Positions 29,668 to 38,980 of a stretch of 64,000 bases of DNA are shown here, in pieces. The stretch is from positions 64,001-128,000 of the forward strand of contig BTWA01000006.1 in NCBI GenBank assembly GCA_045863295.1, written 5' to 3'. Position 1 is the first letter of the stretch; each line of letters begins with the position of its first letter. Source of the stretch: Candidatus Hydrogenedentota bacterium (lineage in GTDB: Bacteria > Hydrogenedentota > Hydrogenedentia > Hydrogenedentales > SLHB01). A model generated the notes under the pieces. It saw nothing but the letters and a program-made list of their open reading frames with translations, was not told the origin of the DNA and did no database searches. Position numbers and translations under genes: made by a program.

Positions 29668-30571
29668 AGTGCACCCACTTTGACGCAAGGCGGAACTGCA
29701 CAAGCGTGATTGTCACCGTCGCTATAAAGAAGACCAGCGCGAATGCGGATGCATAGCCTGCACGGAAGTCCTTGAACGCGAGCTTGTACAAGTGATACAC
29801 GTACAAACTTGAGTCGGGGTATACGGGGCCGCCTTCGGTCATAATCGCAACAGTGTCAAATGCCTTTATTGAAGCAATGAAGCCAGTAACCAGAAGTAGA
29901 AAGATAACCGGTGACATCAGTGGAATAACAAGGTGCCGGAGGCGAGTCCACGCTGACGCCCCATCTAGCCGCGCCGCCTCGAAGGGCTCCTGAGGGAGAG
30001 ATTGCATTCCGGCAAGAAAGAAGATGCTGGCAAACCCGATTTCCTTCCAGATGCCGACCACCATAAGTGCGCACAGAGACATGATCCCCGATTCCAGCCA
30101 ATTCCAACCCTGCATGCCAACCGTCGTATACAATCGACTCAACGGCCCGTAATCCGGATGCAAAAGGAGTATCCACACCAAAGCGGCAGCGGCCGTTGTA
30201 GTGATGTGTGGTGTAAAGGCGATAGTGCGATAGACACTACGGCCCCAAATATTCCTGTTTAGACCCAAAGCCAAAAAGAACGCCGCGGATTGGGCAATCA
30301 CGACGACACCCATCGCGTAGACCAAAGTATTTAGTGCGACGCGCCAGAATTCGGTGCTCTGCCACAGGGCGAAGTAATTTTCAAGCCCTTGCCATCTACC
30401 AGTCCCTGTGAGAAGGTTCCAGTCATGCAGACTCAAATAACAGGAATAGGCAATAGGCCAATAGGTGAAAGTCAAAAATAACATGGCATTGGGTGCAATA
30501 AAGATCAGAAAGGCGAGATATTCCGTGCGATGCCGTCGCCATGAGCGAAGCAGATTTTCGCGTCCAGACAT
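29657..30571 (-). CDS. Carbohydrate ABC transporter permease (UgpA/MalF-like)
   Basis: WQGLENY, EAARLDGAS, MTEGGP, AGYASA. Confidence 0.93.
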   Translation of the reverse strand: MSGRENLLRSWRRHRTEYLAFLIFIAPNAMLFLTFTYWPIAYSCYLSLHDWNLLTGTGRWQGLENYFALWQSTEFWRVALNTLVYAMGVVVIAQSAAFFLALGLNRNIWGRSVYRTIAFTPHITTTAAAALVWILLLHPDYGPLSRLYTTVGMQGWNWLESGIMSLCALMVVGIWKEIGFASIFFLAGMQSLPQEPFEAARLDGASAWTRLRHLVIPLMSPVIFLLLVTGFIASIKAFDTVAIMTEGGPVYPDSSLYVYHLYKLAFKDFRAGYASAFALVFFIATVTITLVQFRLASKWVHYDD

Positions 30572-30574
30572 TGC

Positions 30575-31903
30575 CTACTCATTCCGCATGGAGGCGGCCA
30601 GCACCGCTTCTGCTTCGGCATCAGCCGCATCCAATGTTTGTTTCACGTCGGCGTCTTCCAGAAGTATTTTGTGGAAAGCTCTGTCAAATGCGTCCCTTAC
30701 CGGAGGCGACATGTTCACGGAAAAGTCAGCCCGAACATACTGAAGCGCATCATGAATCGTCTGAAATCGGGGATCCTGTAGCCGCTCCCCCATTAACTCA
30801 CGGGCTTCCGGAGTAAACGCGACATAGCCGCTCGCACCTGAATAGTATGCGATGCTCTCGGGTGCGAGCATGTAACGGATGAAACTCCAAGCCGCCTCGC
30901 GCTGATCTTCCCTTGCGGTCGAGATCATGGCCAAGCCGCCGCCGCCCGGCGCGTACACCTTGCCTTTGGCGCCCGCCGGGTACTGCGCGAGCGCCGGTGT
31001 AAACCCTGCCGCTCGATCATACACTTCGCCAAACGCATCCTGCGAGTCCAGAATCATTGCGGAGCGCCCGCTTATAAATGCGGCACGATGGCCCCCTGAT
31101 GCTTTATCCGGCATGGTCAGGCAACCCTCACGAGCAAGTTGCTGCAGTTCAGAAAGTATTTGAATAGCAATCGGGTCGTTTAAAGTGACGTTTGTATAGT
31201 CGCGGTTGGTTAATTCTCCTCCCTCCGACCAAATCATGGAGACTAGGGGCCAAGTAATGTTCCAGAGCGCTATCCCAGCCCGGGAGACTCGGCCATTCGG
31301 ATCGCGCCGCGTCAATTTTCGGGCGGCTTCATAAAACTCCTTCCATGTGCCTGGCGGCTGGTTAACGCCAGCCTCGGTGAACGCGTCTTGATTGTAATAA
31401 AGAACCGGAACGGCAACATTGAAAGGCAACCAATACACGTTGCCGTCTACCACACCTGCTTCCGCCAACGATGCCGGCCAGGCGCTGGTATCCAGGGGGA
31501 GGGTGCCCTGAAGAAACGGTGTTAGATTTACAAGCAATCCTGCTTTCGCAAATTCCCGGATTTCAAAGGTGCCAAGTTGGGTAACATTGGGACCGGTCTT
31601 CGCCGCGGCGGATGTCAGCAGTTTAGTAGCCAAGTCGCTGTAACTACCCTGGAATTCCGAAGTGACCTCGCAGATGTCTTGGGTCGAATTGAATCGGCGT
31701 ACCAATTCATCCTGTGCCTCTCCCGCAGACCCGGTGAGCGTTCGCCAATAAACCAAGGAAGAATTTGCAGTGCTCTCTGGTTTCGCGTTACACCCCGCGA
31801 GTAAGACACCAAGAAAAATGGTGGGAATAAGTGAAAATTGAGCGGTTCGCATGCAACACCTCATAGCCTTCGCGGGTACAAGGCGAATTGTACCTATTGA
31901 CAC
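30575..31903 (-). CDS. ABC substrate-binding lipoprotein (UgpB-like)
   Basis: LLAGC lipobox, FQGSY, LPFNVAVPVLYYN, PGGGGL, AAWSFIRYM. True start probably MRTAQF. Confidence 0.9.
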   Translation of the reverse strand: MSIGTIRLVPAKAMRCCMRTAQFSLIPTIFLGVLLAGCNAKPESTANSSLVYWRTLTGSAGEAQDELVRRFNSTQDICEVTSEFQGSYSDLATKLLTSAAAKTGPNVTQLGTFEIREFAKAGLLVNLTPFLQGTLPLDTSAWPASLAEAGVVDGNVYWLPFNVAVPVLYYNQDAFTEAGVNQPPGTWKEFYEAARKLTRRDPNGRVSRAGIALWNITWPLVSMIWSEGGELTNRDYTNVTLNDPIAIQILSELQQLAREGCLTMPDKASGGHRAAFISGRSAMILDSQDAFGEVYDRAAGFTPALAQYPAGAKGKVYAPGGGGLAMISTAREDQREAAWSFIRYMLAPESIAYYSGASGYVAFTPEARELMGERLQDPRFQTIHDALQYVRADFSVNMSPPVRDAFDRAFHKILLEDADVKQTLDAADAEAEAVLAASMRNE

Positions 31904-31980
31904 AACCGGAAACTACTTGGTGTCCATCAAACTGGCGAATGAGCCACAGTGCAGAACGGGGATTTTCGTCGAATTCAGCT

Positions 31981-33804
31981 TCACCAAGGGGTATCGGATA
32001 CGACCGTTATCGCCAATGTTCTTTCAACATTGGAGCCTGGCAGTGCGGCAGCCCAATACCATGAGCTTACGTCAGGCCACGAATCCACACCGCTTATCCA
32101 TACATCCAAATCGCTGGGTGAGCGGGATACAGTAATTGCGAAATAGCACTGGCGCACATAGTAAACGCCCCCATCGGGGTCGTAATAACGGAATCGGCTC
32201 CATACATGGCCGTGTTCGTCAACAAGACTGTCTTCGGTGTCACAATTCCCGCCTTGAGCTTTGAAACAGTTTTCTGCCGAGTGCAGGGCGCGAGTGGCAA
32301 CCGTGCAAATGCGAAGCAGTACAAGTTCATCACTGTCTTGAATCCGAAATTGGGCCCAGGCTCCTGGAAAGTCTTTGATGTACGCCTCCAAATCGGGATT
32401 CAAGGCAACCGGAAGTAGGGTACGGCCAGACCATGTATCAGGCCATTTCAACGAATCAACCAGGGCATCGGTGCCATTGGCCGTCCCGCTGCCGAGCAGT
32501 GGCCCTGTGGCCGCCAGAATCGTTGCGAACGCAACGATTCCAATTGACCTGGACCCAACAGACTTTGACGCAGTCGTTGAATCGGCGCATTCAGATTGCT
32601 CTCTACGCTTCAACCAGACCGCCACAGCTATCAACACTAAGGCACACTGTGCAAATACAATGATCCCGAACGCCGTATGCGCGGCCGAATCAAGTTCTGC
32701 CCCCATCAGGAACAAGGTGGCCGCTCGCTGCGCGTTTCCGAATATTACCAGGAGGACCGCGAAGCATAGGAAAAGGAAGGTTTTCAGAAATCGGAATTGC
32801 ATGACCAAGGAAACGGCCGATGCGAGTGCCAACCCCGTGCTGAGCATATGCACACCGCTGCAAGGTCCATCCACGTTAAACACCATGGATCCATCGGTCA
32901 AGCCGGTGCCTATACTGAATGCAACCGGCCCAAGCATTAGGTCGGCCAGTCGGGCCGAGATAACGCGCAAAGGAAAGCCAACAAAGAAATCCAATGACGT
33001 ACTTACATGCATGGAAAGCATGATCAAAACGACGAGTCCCCAGGAGCGCGACCGAGTGTGACTTGGTAGGGCTGCAATCAGGGCGATTCCCAGTGCGGCA
33101 GCGGCAATTTCACAGGAAACCAGCGAAGGAACATGAACAAACGCAAGTCCGTAAACGGACAGAAGCGCGGCAACGGAAATCCATGCCCAACGTGCTGCAT
33201 CACGAACCGGAGTGAAACGCTCACTGGACTGAGCAAGTAGTATGAGCCAAAGTCCAATAGCAAAGGCAAAGATGACTCCGCCGCTAATCGATCCCCAAGG
33301 CTCAAACCACCGATCCCATGCGTTGACCACGGCCGCCCAGCAACCCAACAATACGGCTACTGGCAATAGCAGGGATCTGACGACAAAGGAATGCAGTATC
33401 AATTCGTCAACCGGTGCTGGGGACAAGGCTTCCGGAGTCGGACCTTGTACGTTTTTTCGGATGGTGCCGATGGTTAGTTGAAATGCACGGACAGGTGCCA
33501 TGACTAACGCAACCACGACCACCACCAAGCTCAGACAATAAAATAGAATCCGAAAGATGCTCAACTCGGCAAGTCGTTGAATTGAATAATTCAAGCGTTC
33601 GGATTCGCCATTAATCGCATAGTCAATGCTGCCCGCAACCAGATCAAATGAATGGTCGCCAAAAAACAGGGAAACGATATACAATGCAAAGGCGAACACA
33701 CACCAGAAGATAAAGGATCTTGCCATTGCGGATATCGCCGAACGAATTCTCGATGCGGTTATACGTCTACCGCTTTCGGATAGAAATTCATCCCGCTGCA
33801 ACAT
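31981..33804 (-). CDS. Exosortase (XrtQ-like) with N-terminal extension and C-terminal soluble domain
   Basis: Cys-Arg-His triad: VDGPCSGV, GNAQR, AAHTAFG. C-terminal WPDTWSGR...FPG...TRALHSAENCF domain. ATG directly follows the TAG of the upstream gene. Confidence 0.85.
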   Translation of the reverse strand: MLQRDEFLSESGRRITASRIRSAISAMARSFIFWCVFAFALYIVSLFFGDHSFDLVAGSIDYAINGESERLNYSIQRLAELSIFRILFYCLSLVVVVVALVMAPVRAFQLTIGTIRKNVQGPTPEALSPAPVDELILHSFVVRSLLLPVAVLLGCWAAVVNAWDRWFEPWGSISGGVIFAFAIGLWLILLAQSSERFTPVRDAARWAWISVAALLSVYGLAFVHVPSLVSCEIAAAALGIALIAALPSHTRSRSWGLVVLIMLSMHVSTSLDFFVGFPLRVISARLADLMLGPVAFSIGTGLTDGSMVFNVDGPCSGVHMLSTGLALASAVSLVMQFRFLKTFLFLCFAVLLVIFGNAQRAATLFLMGAELDSAAHTAFGIIVFAQCALVLIAVAVWLKRREQSECADSTTASKSVGSRSIGIVAFATILAATGPLLGSGTANGTDALVDSLKWPDTWSGRTLLPVALNPDLEAYIKDFPGAWAQFRIQDSDELVLLRICTVATRALHSAENCFKAQGGNCDTEDSLVDEHGHVWSRFRYYDPDGGVYYVRQCYFAITVSRSPSDLDVWISGVDSWPDVSSWYWAAALPGSNVERTLAITVVSDTPW

Positions 33805-36561
33805 CTAGGCCGTGTGCGCGCCCGTTGCGCGCGTCTTTCGTTGTACCCACAGCAGAAGAATGAATGTGACGCCGGCAACGACAATGAGCGCCCATTCTTC
33901 CGGCTCCGGTATTCCTGGGATCGATTCCATATTCTCAGAGGGATCCAGCCCGAACTCTTCGTACTGCGCGGCCTGTTCCAATACCACAGCCCCCGTCAGT
34001 GGAGTTACGAGACGCGACGTAGCCGCCAGGCTCGCGACGGGTTCAATTTCCTGGGTGAGATGTCCTTGATGCACCTTCCATGCATGGTCGGCTATGGCCA
34101 ATCGGGCCAAATGCCCCGTGGCGAAACCAATGACCGGTGAGACCGCGGCTTCCGGAGTAGCAGTAATAGAAAAATGGTGAGTCACCTCTCCTGGAGCCAG
34201 CCGGGCCAGTGCAAATGCCAGTGTCGCTTCGAGTGACTCCAATTGGGGTACCCGGAAAACACCCCCTATCTCCCCCAACTGTTCCAACACGCGATTAGGC
34301 CCTTGCACGGCTTCGATGGTCAGCAGTCTGGAAGGCGCCCCATCCCCACCCATCGCGCGCCGACGGTTCCATTGCCTTATGCCTTCGATCGAGGAGAGTT
34401 CTACAGGAAGCGGCCCGTGGACCCACACAATTGACGCACGGTTCGCGCTGGCCAATTCCCACGCTTTTTCCAGGGCGGGAATTGGATCGCACCCGCCGCG
34501 GTATATCCGGTCGTCCAGCCAAGTGGCCATATCGGTACCGGGCACTTGAAACCCCCGTCCATATACTTCGACTTCCTGCCCTGCAAAAATGGCCGCCACT
34601 TCGGCTTGGCGCGGGAGTTGTTCCATAAGGCGGCTCCAATTCAGCGGCAAAGCCCTCATCGACGCCGAACCGTCAACCACAAGGCAATACTTCTCACCCT
34701 CGCGCGCCTGCCCGGCGGCTGGCTCCACACTCATAGATGCTTCCGTCTGTTGGAGCACATCACGCCAACGTGTACCAGTAATTGTTCCTTGTTCGACCTC
34801 GACTATGCCGGAATTCGGCGACTGCAGTGACTCTTCGCTTAACTCTCCGCGGAGCATCGACCATCCGTTCACCGGTGTATGGGAAGTCAGCATGGGACTC
34901 TTGGCGCGAACTGTAGAATCGCATTCTACCCAGATGTCATGACGGAATTCCGGCAAAACGGTGAAATTGCGCTCGCTGAAATAAGGCATTCGCAAGTAGC
35001 CGGTGCCGTTGCGAATTACCAGCGGCGCAGTGATCCCAATCTTCAGTTTCATGGTGGACTGAGGCTGGACAGGAAAGCACTGGAGCAACAACTTGTCGGG
35101 ACCGGCGATATTCAGCAGCGCCGGATCTCGTCGCCTTACTACGGCTACCTTCTGGTAGGCTTCGCGCACTTGCTGGCGCGCGCCAAACGCCGCCTCGCGT
35201 TCTTCACCTTCTATCCACAATGTCAGCCGGCTCGCGACTCCGCCATGTGGCAACTCAATTTGAGCCCGGGCTTCCCTCTGGTTATCGGAATCGTTCCGGA
35301 ATTCGATTATCCATTCCATATACGCCAAAGCCGGGTCGCCCGACTCGCCCCCCAAATGCACAATATTCGCATCAATATGGCTGCCTCGAAGGCTAAGGCC
35401 AGCTACCCGGCCGGCAACCGCCATTCCCCCGACCTCGCTGTCGGCAATACGTTCTTCCTCAAGCGTACCGATATCGGCCAGGGTGCGCGATACCTTCATT
35501 TTCGGCCTGGGGACGCTGTTGTACGGTTGTCCGGTCATCCTGAAGTACAATTCGCGACTTCCCGCAAGCCGGGACACCTCGGACTCAGACCAACGCCGAT
35601 TTCCAGGCAATCCGATCCCGATTGGTCGGTAACAAGTCTTAAGGACGGTCTCTTCCAAGCTGAGCGCCTGCAGCCACCAGAATCCTCTCGATCGCGAGTC
35701 CTTATCCGCGGAAATAGCCATATCGATGAGCTTGCGTGACAGCAATTCGGGTCCCGCATAACCGGCCGTTAACAGCACTACAACGGCTGCCCCACCGGCT
35801 GAACGCAAAATCGCTTTGCGTACAGGAAACTCAGCATGACTGGAAATGTGGATGTAGAAGCGTCGCATCTGAGCAAGTGAACAGGCGAGACAAAATACAG
35901 GAGAAAAGCCCATAATCCCGGCGCCAAAACCCAATATGGCAAACGTTGCGACCGGAATTATAGGGAGGTATATGAGCGTATAGATCAATGAAAGACCGAC
36001 GGCATAGGCATTGAGAAACAGGACCCACTCGGGCCAACGAATGTGTCCGCTGCGGCCGGCCATTCGTAGTGACATGTCGCTAACCACGATCGATCCAATG
36101 AGGACAAGGCCGGCAACGATATGCCATACGGTCGGAATTGGATCGACGAAAATTGTGGCCATGACCCCCGTAAACAACTCGAATCCCATCGAAAGCAGGG
36201 GTATCGCAACGCCAAATAGATAAATGAGCACACTCGTGCCAATACCGGTCGCGGCTTGCTCTTGAAGCGGCTTCGTGCCATTCCCGTTTGTACCTTGGAC
36301 CGCGGGAGTGGCGCACTGGGAAGGTGGTTGGGTTGATTCAGTACCAAGGATATCTTCGGGGCTCCCCATGGCCGCCAAGGCCCGTTGAACATGTTCGAGC
36401 GTAACAACCGAGCCAGAATGCTTTTCCGCTTCGGTCCGTATGTGGATGCTCAGGCCTTCGACGATCTCGCCGGTGTCTTCGCCCCGGCTTTCGGATATGC
36501 GTCCAACGGTTGATAGGTACTCGTCGAGGCGTTCCTTCGCTTCAGGCGTCCAGTTCGACAT
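33805..36561 (-). CDS. HAAS - TM region - VIT - vWA-like protein with PEP-CTERM sorting signal
   Basis: HAAS-like LDEYL...EIVEGL..HI...MGSPEDI; ~5 TMs; VIT-like EFRN...REARAQIELP..GVASRLTLWIEGEEREAAFG; VVDGSASM; C-terminal IPEPEEWALIVV-TM-RKTR. Confidence 0.85.
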   Translation of the reverse strand: MSNWTPEAKERLDEYLSTVGRISESRGEDTGEIVEGLSIHIRTEAEKHSGSVVTLEHVQRALAAMGSPEDILGTESTQPPSQCATPAVQGTNGNGTKPLQEQAATGIGTSVLIYLFGVAIPLLSMGFELFTGVMATIFVDPIPTVWHIVAGLVLIGSIVVSDMSLRMAGRSGHIRWPEWVLFLNAYAVGLSLIYTLIYLPIIPVATFAILGFGAGIMGFSPVFCLACSLAQMRRFYIHISSHAEFPVRKAILRSAGGAAVVVLLTAGYAGPELLSRKLIDMAISADKDSRSRGFWWLQALSLEETVLKTCYRPIGIGLPGNRRWSESEVSRLAGSRELYFRMTGQPYNSVPRPKMKVSRTLADIGTLEEERIADSEVGGMAVAGRVAGLSLRGSHIDANIVHLGGESGDPALAYMEWIIEFRNDSDNQREARAQIELPHGGVASRLTLWIEGEEREAAFGARQQVREAYQKVAVVRRRDPALLNIAGPDKLLLQCFPVQPQSTMKLKIGITAPLVIRNGTGYLRMPYFSERNFTVLPEFRHDIWVECDSTVRAKSPMLTSHTPVNGWSMLRGELSEESLQSPNSGIVEVEQGTITGTRWRDVLQQTEASMSVEPAAGQAREGEKYCLVVDGSASMRALPLNWSRLMEQLPRQAEVAAIFAGQEVEVYGRGFQVPGTDMATWLDDRIYRGGCDPIPALEKAWELASANRASIVWVHGPLPVELSSIEGIRQWNRRRAMGGDGAPSRLLTIEAVQGPNRVLEQLGEIGGVFRVPQLESLEATLAFALARLAPGEVTHHFSITATPEAAVSPVIGFATGHLARLAIADHAWKVHQGHLTQEIEPVASLAATSRLVTPLTGAVVLEQAAQYEEFGLDPSENMESIPGIPEPEEWALIVVAGVTFILLLWVQRKTRATGAHTA

Positions 36562-36919
36562 TGTTCTTCTCGCTTTCAAGCAACTGCCCAATACCCTGCA
36601 CCAATTCGGTCCAGTAGGTGCCCATCATTTCCACGGAATTCCGTCCTTCCGCAGTCAGTGCATAATATTTGCGCGCGGGACCTTCCGGAGATTCTTCGAG
36701 GCGGGATGTTACGAGTCCAGCGCTTTTTAGACGCGAAAGGAGCGGATAGATTGTGCCATCGGTGATCGCCAACGCCTTGATGCCGGCCAGGCGTTTGACC
36801 AGGTCGTAGGCATACATTTCGCCTTCGGCCAACTGGGCGACGATGCAGAGCTCAAGAAGTCCCTTGCGGACTTGGGTAACCCAGTTGGAGATGTCGAAGG
36901 ATGTCTCTTGATTAGCCAT
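36542..36919 (-). CDS. PadR family transcriptional regulator
   Basis: QVRKGLLELC, YAYDL, DGTIYPLLSRL, GPARKYYALTAEG; overlaps the next gene by 20 nt. Confidence 0.95.
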   Translation of the reverse strand: MANQETSFDISNWVTQVRKGLLELCIVAQLAEGEMYAYDLVKRLAGIKALAITDGTIYPLLSRLKSAGLVTSRLEESPEGPARKYYALTAEGRNSVEMMGTYWTELVQGIGQLLESEKNNVELDA

Positions 36920-36952
36920 AAATTCTCGTCTCGTTGAAATAATATAACAAAC

Positions 36953-36971
36953 TACCTTGTATTGCAAGAAC
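36953..36971. promoter_or_regulatory. Candidate PadR autoregulatory operator
   Basis: Imperfect palindrome TACCTTG-TATTG-CAAGAAC in an AT-rich promoter region ~35 nt upstream of padR. Confidence 0.45.
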
Positions 36972-37188
36972 AATTGCAAATAGTCTTGATTTATCTGTAA
37001 AATATTTATCTATATATATTTAGATAAAGGGCCTGTCGGCGCTCTCGGCGTGCAGTTGTGGCTCAAAAGAGTCGATCTACCTTTAAACCACTGCTGGCAT
37101 CACTCTCCGCAAAATTGCTCCACAAACGGAATTGCTCAGGATCCATGTATAATTCGCAGATAGCGCCTACCCGGAAGGATTACCCTGC

Positions 37189-38778
37189 GTGCCCATTAGT
37201 TCGCCTGTCTCCTCGGCTTCAAAATCACTGGTACCTTTTGTGTTCATGGCCCTTGCGTTGCTTTGGCCTGCCGTCGTGTATCACGTGCTTCCTCTCAAAG
37301 GGCAAGTCCATGCCACGGATTCCGTATCCTATACTCAAATGGCGAAGGGTATACTTCACTGGCCGGATGAGCCGATTGGACTGCGGTTCCTGGATTGGGA
37401 CGGTAAATCCCCAACATTTAATTCGACCTTTCCGGTCGGTTATCCCTTGTTGATTGCCTTGGTTTCCCTGTCTGGCATCCCAATTGCCATCTCAGCCCTG
37501 CTGGTTCCGTTTTTATGTTATTGTCTGAATGGACTGCTGTTCTATCTTATCGCTTCACGACTAACCAATGCGCGCACGGGCCTCGCCGTTTCAATTCTTG
37601 CTTCATTTGCGTTTCCTTTCCTGGATGTCGCCTGGACGGCTTGGTCGGAGACGCCCGCAATTACCTCGACCCTTTTCGCGTTCCTGGTTCTGGCGATAAT
37701 CGAGGCAGAAGCGGTTCCGAAAGATGCGGTCTGGCCGTATACCCTGGCCGGTTTGGCTGCTGGGTTTACGTTCTGTATTCGCTACGCCATGTTGCCGTTT
37801 CCGTGTGCATTTGTGTTAGCAATTGCCTGGGGACGGTGGAAGCATGTCATTACCACAAGACAAGCGGTGGCGGGTATCGCCGGTTGCTGTGGACTGGTGA
37901 GTGGATTGCTTGTGATGAACTCGACTCTGTCGGGAAATGCCATGGGACCTTATCGGCACCCGGCTGAGGAGTCATTCGCAAAAAATGCGGCAACCGTAGT
38001 GAACCATCTCACCTATACCGTCACGGGCGTTTGGGGTGAGTTGAGCCGGCCTGTGCTCGCAGGTCTTGTGTTGATTTCGTTCACTGCGATTGCCCTTGCC
38101 TGCGCTTACTGGGCATTGGATACGCTCGTTCGGGGGAAAGCGGGCACGTTTTATTGGACCTCCTTGCTTTTTGCAGGCGGGTATCCGGCGTTCATCGTCG
38201 TTTCCCGCTCCCTGAAGCAGTACGACCCCATCGACATACGCTTCATGGTCCCATTTCTGGCGGTATATGTCCTGCTGTTCCTGACCCCATCCGTCCACGC
38301 AATCCTCGAGGGGGAAACGAACCGCCTAAAACGCGCTGCCTCGGTATGTATCGCTGGGTCTTTCCTGCTTGGATTTCCACTCACTTGGATTCACGAACCG
38401 GACCAGCACCATTCCACGCGCTGGCATTTGAACCTAGGTACGGATCGCCCTGATTTCGCTGCGCTCTCCGCGTCAGTGTCCGAAGATAGAGCGGCGTTGA
38501 TTACGGTGTCACACGAGATGGCCTACATCTGGGATCGCGGTCCTTCCGTAATTATCGACCCACAATCCCTTCAGGCGGACGACGAACGGGTCGCGGAATT
38601 TACCCGACGGGTGGGCATGCCTGTCTATTTCTATGTTCCCTACGATCATCCCGAGTTTACCCCGGCGGAATTCGGCCCGTTCGTCGAAGAACTCTTCGCG
38701 GGAACGGCCGGTGGGAATGCCGAAATGCTGCATGACTCGGGCAAGGCTAAACTATGGCGGCTGCGCGCCGGTATATAG
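37189..38778 (+). CDS. Polytopic GT-C fold glycosyltransferase-like protein (ArnT/PMT-like)
   Basis: TDSVSY after TM1, FPVGYPLL, WSETP, IRYA, RFMVP; ~11 TMs. Confidence 0.7.
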   Translation: MPISSPVSSASKSLVPFVFMALALLWPAVVYHVLPLKGQVHATDSVSYTQMAKGILHWPDEPIGLRFLDWDGKSPTFNSTFPVGYPLLIALVSLSGIPIAISALLVPFLCYCLNGLLFYLIASRLTNARTGLAVSILASFAFPFLDVAWTAWSETPAITSTLFAFLVLAIIEAEAVPKDAVWPYTLAGLAAGFTFCIRYAMLPFPCAFVLAIAWGRWKHVITTRQAVAGIAGCCGLVSGLLVMNSTLSGNAMGPYRHPAEESFAKNAATVVNHLTYTVTGVWGELSRPVLAGLVLISFTAIALACAYWALDTLVRGKAGTFYWTSLLFAGGYPAFIVVSRSLKQYDPIDIRFMVPFLAVYVLLFLTPSVHAILEGETNRLKRAASVCIAGSFLLGFPLTWIHEPDQHHSTRWHLNLGTDRPDFAALSASVSEDRAALITVSHEMAYIWDRGPSVIIDPQSLQADDERVAEFTRRVGMPVYFYVPYDHPEFTPAEFGPFVEELFAGTAGGNAEMLHDSGKAKLWRLRAGI

Positions 38779-38980
38779 GCGAACCCACTCTTGCCATTCT
38801 AAAGATTATTCTCCATAATCGGTCCTTGGGTTGGCGGATAGCACCTTGCCGGGCGGGCGCGTGCCATCCGAAGTCAGGTTCGATGTGGGCGGGCCGTGCC
38901 CGTTTACCTATTCGAACGATTGCAGTACCAGTCCTTTTCCCAGTTCCAAACGATTCGAACTTTCGAGGGAGGATTCGGCA

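Noticed and set aside
34879..35739. 286-aa ORF antisense to the VIT protein (and many similar short overlapping ORFs)
   Set aside because: Fully nested opposite a supported CDS, with no SD or motif support.
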